A stretch of 35,050 nucleotides of DNA from a virus. Position 1 is the first letter of the stretch; each line of letters begins with the position of its first letter. Below, piece by piece: positions 19,259 through 28,103 of this stretch. The position numbers and the translations under genes were made by a program. The notes beneath the pieces are model-generated. The model had not been told where the DNA came from and did no database searches. It worked only from the letters and a program-made list of their open reading frames with translations. The stretch lies in UHGV virus genome UHGV-0197915; one strand, written 5' to 3'.

Positions 19259-20011
19259 TTAACCTGCGGCTTTTGCCGCTTTCGGGGGACGCCCGCGCCG
19301 TGCCGCCGGTTTAGCGGCACGGCGCGGGCGCGGTTTATTCTGTTTGGGTGCGGGTTCTGGTTTGGGTTTCAGCGCGCGTTCAAGCTGCTCAATATCCTTT
19401 TTCACACCGATAGCCCGCTCTAACTGGATCGCTCGCTGCAGGTGCGCCAGCGCGTCAGTCAGGTTGCCAGCATCACGCAGCACGTAGCCGGTGATTTTGT
19501 GCAGCTTCGCGCGCACGATATCGGGCATATCTGCGCGTTCGGTCAGTGCGATGGTGTCGAGCAGGAGCGACAGCCCGACAGGCTGTTTTGCATCAAGCAG
19601 GCGCTGCGCTGACAGGGCGACCTCTTCGGCCAGCAGATAGTGCGTTGTGCGGCGGTGGCCGCCGGTCGGCATGGTCAGGCCATACGTCATCGCGTAGCGG
19701 GCGATTTCCAGCGCACCGGCAATGTCATCAGCATCAAGACGCCAGAGCATGACGGTCATGACAATGTCATCCTGCGCCCCTTTGCCGGAGCTGAGAACGC
19801 CACCCACCCACGGCAGATAAAACGGTAGCAGCTCACGCTTTTTGTCTGCCTTGCGCTCATTGGAACGGATTTGTTTTAACGTGCGACAGTCTGCGGCCAG
19901 CTTGACGAGCATCTGCTCATAGGCAGTTGCATTGCGCAGCGGAGCAGCAGCCCGCCGCGCAGTTTCAGAGGCCGAGACCCGCATCATGTGACGCGCTGCG
20001 GGACTCGTCAT
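19259..20011 (-). CDS. M: Terminase small (endonuclease) subunit gpM
   Basis: 250 aa at the P2 M position. Confidence 0.8.
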   Translation of the reverse strand: MTSPAARHMMRVSASETARRAAAPLRNATAYEQMLVKLAADCRTLKQIRSNERKADKKRELLPFYLPWVGGVLSSGKGAQDDIVMTVMLWRLDADDIAGALEIARYAMTYGLTMPTGGHRRTTHYLLAEEVALSAQRLLDAKQPVGLSLLLDTIALTERADMPDIVRAKLHKITGYVLRDAGNLTDALAHLQRAIQLERAIGVKKDIEQLERALKPKPEPAPKQNKPRPRRAAKPAARRGRPPKAAKAAG

Positions 20012-20014
20012 GGC

Positions 20015-21082
20015 TTACTCTCCGCTTTCCGGGGCGGCAGGTGCGGTGAAGTCACCTAAATTGATGTTCTCAATCAGGCAACCGGCCGCGTAAGCCTCGA
20101 TCACATAGTCAATATTCATTGACTCGTAGTTTTCGATACGGTCTTTTTTCGGCTCTTCAATGATGGCGCGGCGGTGTGCGTCATCCATGAAGTAAATCGA
20201 CAGGTTATCGAGACGCGTCACCATCAGGGCATTCGCCGGGAAGTACGGCACACGCACGGCGGGGAGGTTGCCGATCCGCTTCTGGCTGATGATGATGTCA
20301 GCGGCCAGCGTTTCGCTGTTTTCCTGTGCCTTGTTGACAAGCGGGAAATATTTATCCGCCATCAGCTTACGGCCAGTGATAACGACGAGCTCCGGGTCAT
20401 CCTGATAAATCTCATCAATCAGGTTGGTGGTCGCATCCATGACCAGCGCATCGAGGTTTTCATAGTCACCGTTTTTACCCACGCGGATCACATCGGAAAT
20501 AATCTTGCCGTCTTCGTCGGTGATTTTTGACATCACGCGCGCGGCAGCTTCATTGCGGTACTTCTGCAGCCAGCCCACCGCCACATCCTGCAGCATCGGA
20601 TTGTTTTTACGGTTTGAAGTCTCCGCCCGGGTGATACCGTTGAAACCGGCCATGATGAAATCGAGCGACTGTCGCTTGATAATCGCGTCACGGATACGGG
20701 TCTGAAAGTCCTGGAATCGCGACCACAGGTCGAGCTGTTTGTAACGGATGTGGAAATCGAAGTTGATTTGCGCACATTCGTATTTGTTGGATTCGAGCGC
20801 GGTGAAGTCTGCGGTCTTACGCTCATCATCAGCGGCGGTATCGGTGGTGCTGGCAATCGTACCGTTGACGCCCACCCCGACTTTTTCGCCTTTCAGCTCG
20901 TCGACCGGCACGATGTTCACTTTGGTCAGAAACGCGGATGACGCCTGCAGGGTGGTCATCAGGGTTTGCGTCACGGACGGCTCAACGGTGAATTTCTTTG
21001 CCACATCGTCGGTGTCGACGCCGTTCAGCTCCGCCACGCGGGACAGGTAAGCATTAAATTTAAAGCGGGTATCTTTACGCAT
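20015..21082 (-). CDS. N: Major capsid protein gpN
   Basis: Start at MRKDTRFKF preceded by AGGAATAACA RBS; 355 aa. Confidence 0.85.
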   Translation of the reverse strand: MRKDTRFKFNAYLSRVAELNGVDTDDVAKKFTVEPSVTQTLMTTLQASSAFLTKVNIVPVDELKGEKVGVGVNGTIASTTDTAADDERKTADFTALESNKYECAQINFDFHIRYKQLDLWSRFQDFQTRIRDAIIKRQSLDFIMAGFNGITRAETSNRKNNPMLQDVAVGWLQKYRNEAAARVMSKITDEDGKIISDVIRVGKNGDYENLDALVMDATTNLIDEIYQDDPELVVITGRKLMADKYFPLVNKAQENSETLAADIIISQKRIGNLPAVRVPYFPANALMVTRLDNLSIYFMDDAHRRAIIEEPKKDRIENYESMNIDYVIEAYAAGCLIENINLGDFTAPAAPESGE

Positions 21083-21142
21083 TGTTATTCCTGTTTTTCT
21101 AAAAAAGGGCATCAGGCCGGGTGACACGCACCCGGCGGGTTA

Positions 21143-21997
21143 TCAGCAGTTGGTCAGCAGCTCGTCGCCCGTTCCGCCTTTCGATTTCTCGCGGCGCGGC
21201 TGGCGATGGCTTTCGGTGTTATCGAGGGAACGTTTCAGCGAGGTAAACGCCTGCGCGTTTTCTTCGGTCTGGCGGGTCACATCCTGCTTAAACTGCGCAA
21301 ACGCGGTTTCGAGTTCGGTGACGCGCGTTTCAGTGGCGGTCAGGTTGGTTTGCACCTGCTCAGAGACCGCCGTCACCGCTTCATGCACATCGGCAAAGCG
21401 CGCATCGTCACTGGCCTGTTTACGGTTGAAAATGGCTTTGACCTTGTCGGTCAGGCTGTTGAGCATGGTATCGGGGACGTCCTCGAATTCCAGCTCAGCA
21501 AGGGAAGCCACCGAGAAGTGATCGCCCGGCTGGTCTTTTTTACCGGCGAGCGGGTTCTGGCTGGCGCGGCTGCAGAATTCCAGGTATTCGGTGCCGAGGC
21601 TTGCCGGGTCATCCGTGACGGCGAGGCCAATCAGGTAGCATTTGCCGCTGTTGGAGAAATTCGGGCGAATTTCCATCGAAGTGTAAACCTTCTGACCGGC
21701 GCGCACCATGCTGACCAGCTCATCAAGCGGGGCGATTCTGGCAAACAGCGCCTTTTTACCGTTCAGCGCAGAGTCATCGCTGATGATTTCCGCTTTGACT
21801 TCGGTCACGTCGCCATAACGCTTAAACGGACTGTCAGGCCAGAGGCTTTTGATATGTTCGAGGTTAATGCGGCAACCGTAGACGCGCGGGTCGAAGGAAT
21901 CCGCCATTTCCTGAATGTCATCACCGCTGATGACACGGCCATCGCAGGTGTCACCTTCGACGCCGATGCGAAACCATTTAGAAACTTTCTTTGCCAT
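21143..21997 (-). CDS. O: Capsid scaffold protein gpO
   Basis: 284 aa, divergent from P as in P2. Confidence 0.85.
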   Translation of the reverse strand: MAKKVSKWFRIGVEGDTCDGRVISGDDIQEMADSFDPRVYGCRINLEHIKSLWPDSPFKRYGDVTEVKAEIISDDSALNGKKALFARIAPLDELVSMVRAGQKVYTSMEIRPNFSNSGKCYLIGLAVTDDPASLGTEYLEFCSRASQNPLAGKKDQPGDHFSVASLAELEFEDVPDTMLNSLTDKVKAIFNRKQASDDARFADVHEAVTAVSEQVQTNLTATETRVTELETAFAQFKQDVTRQTEENAQAFTSLKRSLDNTESHRQPRREKSKGGTGDELLTNC

Positions 21998-22163
21998 TGT
22001 TCAGGTGTCCTGATGTTAGGTTTTCGGTTCGGGGGTAGTTTCCCGACTCCGCCCCGCATCAGCCACCGCTTGCGGAAGTGCAACCCCTGACACAACAGGG
22101 GGTTAGCGATAATGCCCGGCTATTTCCTTAGCCTTGTCCCGTATTCACCGACACGAGGCAACC

Positions 22164-23933
22164 ATGACCATTTCGACTGACCTCTCCCTTTTACATGACC
22201 CGCGACGACAGGCGCGTCTGTTGTTCTGGCAGGGATTTTCCGTGCCACAAATCGCCGACACGCTGCAGGTCAAGCGCCCGACCGTGCAGAGCTGGAAACA
22301 GCGCGACGGGTGGGAGGAAACCGCCCCGCTTAACCGCGTGGAAACGACGCTCGAGGCGCGCCTGATTCAGCTGTATGCAAAGCCTGACCTGACACCGCAT
22401 GACTTCAAGGTCGCTGATTTTTTGTCGCGCCAGATGGAGCGATTCGCGCGCATCAACCGCTACGGCCAGACCGGAAACGAGGTGGATTTAAACCCCAGTA
22501 TTGCCAGCCGTAATAAGGGCGATCGCCGTAAGCCGAAACGGAATTTTTTCAGCGATGAGGCCATCGAAAAGCTGGAAGAGATTTTCCTCGACCAGTCCTT
22601 TGAGTATCAGCTCAACTGGCACAAGGCCGGTATCGCGCACCGTATTCGCCACATCCTCAAATCACGCCAGATTGGCGCGACATTTTACTTTGCCCGCGAG
22701 TCATTGCTGCGCGCCCTCAAAACCGGGCAAAACCAGATATTTTTATCCGCCAGTAAGACGCAGGCTTACGTGTTCCGAAAGTACATCATCGCCTTTGCAC
22801 GCATGGTCGACGTCGACCTGTCAGGCGACCCGATTGTCATCGGCAATAACGGCGCAGAGCTGATTTTCCTCGGGACAAACTCCAACACCGCGCAGAGCCA
22901 CAACGGCGACCTGTATGTCGATGAAATCTTCTGGATCCCCAACTTTCAGAGGCTGCGCAAAGTGGCGTCGGGGATGGCGTCACAGTCCCACCTGCGCACC
23001 ACCTACTTTTCAACACCCTCAACGCTGGCACACGGTGCGTATCCGTTCTGGTCAGGTGAGCTGTTTAACCGGGGACGCATCAGCGCGAGTGAGCGCGTCG
23101 ACATCGATATCAGTCACAAGGCGCTCGCCGGTGGGGTGTTATGCCCGGACGGACAGTGGCGGCAGATTGTCACCATCGAGGACGCCCTCGCCGGAGGATG
23201 TACGCTGTTTAATCTGGATCAGCTGAAACAGGAAAACAGCGCCGACGACTTTCGCAACCTCTTCATGTGCGAGTTCGTCGACGATAAAGCGTCTGTATTT
23301 CCGTTCGAGGAGCTGCAGCGCTGCATGGTCGATGCGATGGAAGAATGGGAAGACTTTGCACCGTTCTCTGACCGTCCGTTTAACTGGCGCCCGGTCTGGA
23401 TTGGCTATGACCCGTCACACACCGGCGACAGTGCTGGCTGTGCGGTACTGGCTCCGCCGCTGGTTGCCGGTGGCAAGTTCCGCATCCTTGAGCGTCACCA
23501 GTGGAAAGGGATGGATTTTGCAACGCAGGCCGAGGCTATCCGCGAGCTGACAGAGAAATATTGCGTCGAGTATATCGGCATCGATGCAACCGGCATCGGC
23601 CAGGGGGTTTACCAGCTCGTGCGCTCCTTCTTTCCGGCAGCCCGCGCCATTCGCTACACGCCGGAAATGAAAACCGCGATGGTGCTGAAAGCGAAAGACA
23701 CCATCCGACGTGGGTGTCTGGAATATGACGCCGGTGCAACCGACATCACGCAGTCGTTTATGGCGATTCGTAAAACCATGACCAGCAGCGGGCGCAGTGC
23801 CACCTATGAGGCCAGCCGCAGCGAAGAGGCCAGCCACGCGGATATTGCGTGGGCGACCATGCACGCCCTGTTAAATGAGCCACTTTCCGCCGGTAGCGGC
23901 ATGCAATCAACCTCAATTCTGGATATTAACTAA
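22164..23933 (+). CDS. P: Terminase large (ATPase) subunit gpP
   Basis: ATG at 22164 preceded by GAGG; the ORF track start at 22134 is a TTG and less likely. Confidence 0.85.
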   Translation: MTISTDLSLLHDPRRQARLLFWQGFSVPQIADTLQVKRPTVQSWKQRDGWEETAPLNRVETTLEARLIQLYAKPDLTPHDFKVADFLSRQMERFARINRYGQTGNEVDLNPSIASRNKGDRRKPKRNFFSDEAIEKLEEIFLDQSFEYQLNWHKAGIAHRIRHILKSRQIGATFYFARESLLRALKTGQNQIFLSASKTQAYVFRKYIIAFARMVDVDLSGDPIVIGNNGAELIFLGTNSNTAQSHNGDLYVDEIFWIPNFQRLRKVASGMASQSHLRTTYFSTPSTLAHGAYPFWSGELFNRGRISASERVDIDISHKALAGGVLCPDGQWRQIVTIEDALAGGCTLFNLDQLKQENSADDFRNLFMCEFVDDKASVFPFEELQRCMVDAMEEWEDFAPFSDRPFNWRPVWIGYDPSHTGDSAGCAVLAPPLVAGGKFRILERHQWKGMDFATQAEAIRELTEKYCVEYIGIDATGIGQGVYQLVRSFFPAARAIRYTPEMKTAMVLKAKDTIRRGCLEYDAGATDITQSFMAIRKTMTSSGRSATYEASRSEEASHADIAWATMHALLNEPLSAGSGMQSTSILDIN

Positions 23934-23934
23934 G

Positions 23935-24942
23935 ATGAAAAAACGACAGAAGAAACCCGCCACAATGACCGCCAGCGCACCGCAAAAAATGGAGGCGTTT
24001 ACCTTTGGTGAGCCGTCCCCCGTTCTGGATCGCCGCGACATCCTCGACTATGTCGAGTGCATCAATAACGGGAAATGGTACGAGCCGCCGGTCAATTTCT
24101 CGGGACTGGCAAAAAGCCTGCGCGCCGCCGTTCACCACAGCTCGCCGATTTACGTGAAGCGTAACATTCTGGCGAGCACCTACATTCCGCACCCGTTGCT
24201 GTCGCGTCAGGATTTCAGCCGTCTTGTGCTCGATTATCTGGTCTTTGCCAACGGCTATCTTGAGAAGCGCATGAGCGTCACCGGCCAGCTATTAAAACTG
24301 GAAACCTCCCCGGCCAAATACACCCGCCGGGGTGTCGAGGATGGCGTTTACTGGTACGTATCGAGCTACACCCAGCCGCACCCGTTCGCGCCCGGCTCGG
24401 TGTGTCATCTGCTTGAGCCCGATATCAATCAGGAACTTTACGGGATGCCGGAATACCTGAGCGCACTCAATTCAGCCTGGCTGAATGAATCCGCCACGTT
24501 ATTTCGTCGTAAGTATTACCAGAACGGGGCGCACGCGGGGTATATCATGTATGTCACCGACGCGGCACAGAGTAGCACCGACGTTGAATCGCTCCGTAAC
24601 GCGATGCGCGACTCAAAAGGGCTGGGGAATTTTAAGAACCTGTTTTTCTACGCGCCCAACGGAAAGCCAGACGGGATCAAGATTGTGCCGTTGAGTGAAG
24701 TCGCCACGAAGGATGATTTTTTCAACATCAAAAAGGTCAGTGCCGCTGACCTGCTCGATGCGCACCGCGTGCCGTTTCAGCTGATGGGCGGCAAGCCGGA
24801 AAACATCGGCTCAATGGGTGACGTTGAGAAGGTGGCGCGGGTGTTTGTGCGTAACGAGCTGACGCCATTGCAGGAGCGTTTCAAAGAGATTAACGACTGG
24901 CTTCAAGAAGATGTAATACAATTTGAAAAATATTCTATTTAA
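23935..24942 (+). CDS. Q: Portal protein gpQ
   Basis: ATG at 23935 directly after the P stop; 335 aa. Confidence 0.85.
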   Translation: MKKRQKKPATMTASAPQKMEAFTFGEPSPVLDRRDILDYVECINNGKWYEPPVNFSGLAKSLRAAVHHSSPIYVKRNILASTYIPHPLLSRQDFSRLVLDYLVFANGYLEKRMSVTGQLLKLETSPAKYTRRGVEDGVYWYVSSYTQPHPFAPGSVCHLLEPDINQELYGMPEYLSALNSAWLNESATLFRRKYYQNGAHAGYIMYVTDAAQSSTDVESLRNAMRDSKGLGNFKNLFFYAPNGKPDGIKIVPLSEVATKDDFFNIKKVSAADLLDAHRVPFQLMGGKPENIGSMGDVEKVARVFVRNELTPLQERFKEINDWLQEDVIQFEKYSI

Positions 24943-24983
24943 AACAAAATGAGAAAAGGTGCGTCATTTTAAATAACGCACCT
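24941..24983 (-). terminator. Rho-independent terminator downstream of the kinase/phosphatase cassette (hairpin shared with the Q 3' end)
   Basis: AGGTGCGT…ACGCACCT 8-bp stem followed on the minus strand by TTTCTCATTTTGTTTT. Confidence 0.5.
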
Positions 24984-24994
24984 ATATTACAAAA

Positions 24995-25705
24995 CTAAAT
25001 TTCAAAAATAATCAATGAATAATTATCCCTAGTCTCTCTACTCTCAACAAGCTCTATTACACTAGCACCATACTCATTTAACGAATTATATTTCACTGAA
25101 AGATCTCGGAAATCTTTTTTGCTCACAACTGACGAAACCCCGTCAGATAGCAAAGCTATTCTATCACCTATCTGTAAATTACATTCAAATTCATGGACTT
25201 GTAGAGGCTTGTGTGCACCAAGGGCACTATCAAGAATGTTCTTACGAGGGTAATCAACTGCAGTCTCTTTCGTCAGCTTACCTTCACGTAGTAGACGAGC
25301 TACTTCACTGTGATCATAGGAAAGTTGTTTGACGCCACTTCCTCTTAATAGATAAGTCCGAGAATCTCCACAATTGGCTCCTATCAATTTATTCCCGATA
25401 AGCTTTGTTACAGTCACAGTACTTGCCATTCCAGCCAATTTTCCATCTTTCTGAGCAGCATCTTTGATCGCTTCATCAGCTCGGGTTATGGCTTCGAGAA
25501 GAGAGATGCTACTATCCGAACGCATGGCCGCAGCAATAATGTCCAGTGCTAATTGAGAGGCTGTTTCTCCCCCCAAATTCCCGCCGACACCATCCGCAAC
25601 GCCACATAACAAATCAGCGCTGGGTAAAATCTCAACCAAGATAGAGTCTTGGTTGTGGCTTCTAGGTCCCGGAGATGTGTAAGCAAATTTATTAATCAAT
25701 GGCAT
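24995..25705 (-). CDS. PP2C-family Ser/Thr protein phosphatase
   Basis: 236 aa with GVADGVGG, GDSR and SDGV motifs; AT-rich; start overlaps the kinase stop by 10 nt. Confidence 0.7.
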   Translation of the reverse strand: MPLINKFAYTSPGPRSHNQDSILVEILPSADLLCGVADGVGGNLGGETASQLALDIIAAAMRSDSSISLLEAITRADEAIKDAAQKDGKLAGMASTVTVTKLIGNKLIGANCGDSRTYLLRGSGVKQLSYDHSEVARLLREGKLTKETAVDYPRKNILDSALGAHKPLQVHEFECNLQIGDRIALLSDGVSSVVSKKDFRDLSVKYNSLNEYGASVIELVESRETRDNYSLIIFEI

Positions 25706-27027
25706 ACTCTTTGTATCATTGCGAAAAGTTCAGGATGAAGCATATCAGGTGTGGCACCAATTGATCTTTGGAGATGACTCACCGCTGCACACATTCTACC
25801 CTCAAGTATGCTCATTTCCAAAGCAAGCCTTTTAGCCAGTTCTGGAGTCATGTCGTGCCCTGCCACGCTCATGAAGCGTCTCTCGACATACCAACGATTA
25901 TGCGACGTTCCCATAAGAAGCATAGCTATAATAATTTCGGCTTTACAGTTCAAATCGTGAAGTTGTAAAAATTGTTCGAGACGAGTGCAAATCCCATCAC
26001 ACTGTTCGAATGAAAATACTCCATCCGCAACCCAACGACCATATGCTTCACCAAGACGACAAGCTAGCGTGGTATCATGAGCGATTATCTCATTAATCCT
26101 GTTTAAAGTTAGACGCTGAAATATCACCTTGGAGTTTTCTTGTCCAATATTATCCTCTACGAAATTGATTATTTCCCTCCATGTTTCAACATTAATTCCG
26201 GCGTCACTATCTAATGCTGTAGTATATGTTCCAACCTCAGCAGAGAGATGTATTACTGTAGAAGGATCAATACTAAGAATTGCATCCCTTAATGCTGCAA
26301 CACTTGGAAATCTTCTTGAAGGATCTCTACGAGTACAAACCCGTAAAATATGCGCATATGCGCTCGAATCATTATTAATTTCACCACAAGGAATTCTTTC
26401 ATCCGTGCCTACAAAGTCATGCAGTATACACCCCAAAGAATAAATATCTGAAGCAATACTAGCTTTTCTAAGATCTGAAACAATTTCAGGTGCGGTGTAG
26501 TAATCAGAACCCATTTTCATACCTGTATGGGTTAGTGCTGAAATTTGAGTATCTTTTACTGACATCAGGCCAAAGTCGCTAATAGCGTAATATGGACCTT
26601 CACTTGAATCAAATCTAAGCACATTTTGTGGTTTGAGATCACGATGATAAATTTGCAACGTGTGCAATTCTTCGAGTCCAGACAAAATATCCATTATTGC
26701 TCTTAAAAATAATCCATTCAAGTTTCTACTTTGCGCAATATCTTTATCAAGGCTAGATGCTGCTACTGGCATAAGGAAAGATGGAGGGTTACTATTTAGA
26801 TCTTTAAAAAGGACAGGTACAATATTTTTATGCGTAAGTCTATACTGTACGTTTGCCTCTCTTATAAATCTTTTTTTTACATTCTCTGCCAAATCAGGAG
26901 GCAGCGGTTGAGCTTGATTTATAGAAAATGTTTTCCTAGCGAATTGCTTTCCGCTAAGGACATCTTGCACTAAATCAACATTACCAAAACCGCCACTACC
27001 TATCCGTCTAACTTCATTAATCACCAT
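25696..27027 (-). CDS. Eukaryotic-like Ser/Thr protein kinase with ~180-aa C-terminal domain of unknown function
   Basis: 443 aa with GSGGFGNV glycine loop, HRDLKPQN catalytic loop, DFG and APE motifs; AT-rich. Confidence 0.75.
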   Translation of the reverse strand: MVINEVRRIGSGGFGNVDLVQDVLSGKQFARKTFSINQAQPLPPDLAENVKKRFIREANVQYRLTHKNIVPVLFKDLNSNPPSFLMPVAASSLDKDIAQSRNLNGLFLRAIMDILSGLEELHTLQIYHRDLKPQNVLRFDSSEGPYYAISDFGLMSVKDTQISALTHTGMKMGSDYYTAPEIVSDLRKASIASDIYSLGCILHDFVGTDERIPCGEINNDSSAYAHILRVCTRRDPSRRFPSVAALRDAILSIDPSTVIHLSAEVGTYTTALDSDAGINVETWREIINFVEDNIGQENSKVIFQRLTLNRINEIIAHDTTLACRLGEAYGRWVADGVFSFEQCDGICTRLEQFLQLHDLNCKAEIIIAMLLMGTSHNRWYVERRFMSVAGHDMTPELAKRLALEMSILEGRMCAAVSHLQRSIGATPDMLHPELFAMIQRVCH

Positions 27028-27116
27028 ATTGTGCCCCTTGCCTTTTTTGAGATAATTCTGAATTATTCTTTTTGATAATACTAAAAAAAATGAAATTTAA
27101 AACCCCTCAGCGCGCA

Positions 27117-27135
27117 ATGCTATCCCCGCCTCGCC
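27117..27135 (-). other. cos site (19-nt cohesive-end sequence GGCGAGGCGGGGATAGCAT on the minus strand)
   Basis: Minus strand reads GGCGAGGCGGGGATAGCATTGCGCGCTGAGGGG, a near match to the P2 left end (GGCGAGGCGGGGAAAGCAC…) as recalled. Confidence 0.7.
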
Positions 27136-27417
27136 TGCCCGCTTTATGGGTCGGTTTTAATGCAGTTGCATGACCACTCTGGATCCGCGCTAGCTCTGGC
27201 GGCGCACGGCCAGAACGGGCATCCCCAACGCATGCAAAACAATGCACCTGTTGCATGCACGGCTAAAAAACCGGGAAATTGTGGGAAAATGGCATAATAA
27301 AACCTGCTTTAATCGTTCCGGTTGGGGGTGATCTCTACGGGACAGGCTAACGCCTCGCGGGGCTCGTTGGTCAACCCCGCTGGCACTGAAAACAAGTTTC
27401 AGCACCGGCGGCGTTTG

Positions 27418-27651
27418 CTATGGCTTCGCCATATTTGATGGCCGAAACGCCTCAATTTTCGGATTGCTGATATCGCTGTATTTGCGGTGATTATCCCGGA
27501 CGACACCGGCACACCCGACCAGTTCGTCAGGGGTCAGATTCTCGTTAATCATAATTTGTTGCAGGCGATGCACGACGGCCATCAGCTTAATGTTTTGCGT
27601 TGAATGTACGGGCGGCACTGGCATCATTCGCATATGACTCATTTTAACCAC
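27418..27651 (-). CDS. Hypothetical protein (77 aa)
   Basis: ORF overlapping the upstream gene stop; no recognisable motif. Confidence 0.35.
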   Translation of the reverse strand: MVKMSHMRMMPVPPVHSTQNIKLMAVVHRLQQIMINENLTPDELVGCAGVVRDNHRKYSDISNPKIEAFRPSNMAKP

Positions 27652-28103
27652 CCATTTTTTTTAGCATCTGCGACCAGCTTGTCGGAATATTGCCAGACAC
27701 CATCACAAGCGACATAAGCCCCCCCCGAAACGCCGTTAAGTGTTTCAAATCCAATAGCCAGCCCTAACGGGTGTAGAATTTCGTGATTAATTCTGAAAAC
27801 AAGCCCCTTCTCGCTTAACTCTTTCCAGTTCATTAGGGACATACCGCACTTGACATCTGGCATCATTAACTGAAAACTCAGCATCACATAATTTTCCGCC
27901 CATTCAGATAAATCAGTAACGTATGTCACCCTCACTGATACACGTTTCCCGGTATATCCGTTTACCGGTTCCCATTCATGCAACCCGAGAATATCACCGC
28001 TAGAATAATCGCGGTTATTGAGACGAAATTCAGCACGTTTTTCCTGAGATATCACAGCGTTAAAATGCTCAGGTGCAATTTTTAACTCATGGATTTTGCT
28101 CAT
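27639..28103 (-). CDS. DUF3850/ASCH-like domain protein with extra C-terminal domain
   Basis: Start MSKIHELKIAPEHFNAVISQEKRAEFRLNNRDY… resembles DUF3850; ATG overlaps the gene A stop (TAATG) and is preceded by AGGAG. Confidence 0.55.
   Translation of the reverse strand: MSKIHELKIAPEHFNAVISQEKRAEFRLNNRDYSSGDILGLHEWEPVNGYTGKRVSVRVTYVTDLSEWAENYVMLSFQLMMPDVKCGMSLMNWKELSEKGLVFRINHEILHPLGLAIGFETLNGVSGGAYVACDGVWQYSDKLVADAKKNGWLK

Noticed and set aside
22134-22163. TTG start for gene P proposed by the ORF track
   Set aside because: The downstream ATG at 22164 has a GAGG Shine-Dalgarno at proper spacing and begins MTISTDLS.
27190-27405. 71-aa minus-strand ORF next to cos
   Set aside because: Falls in the cos-flanking packaging region, has an Arg/Pro-rich low-complexity translation and no RBS; more likely non-coding.
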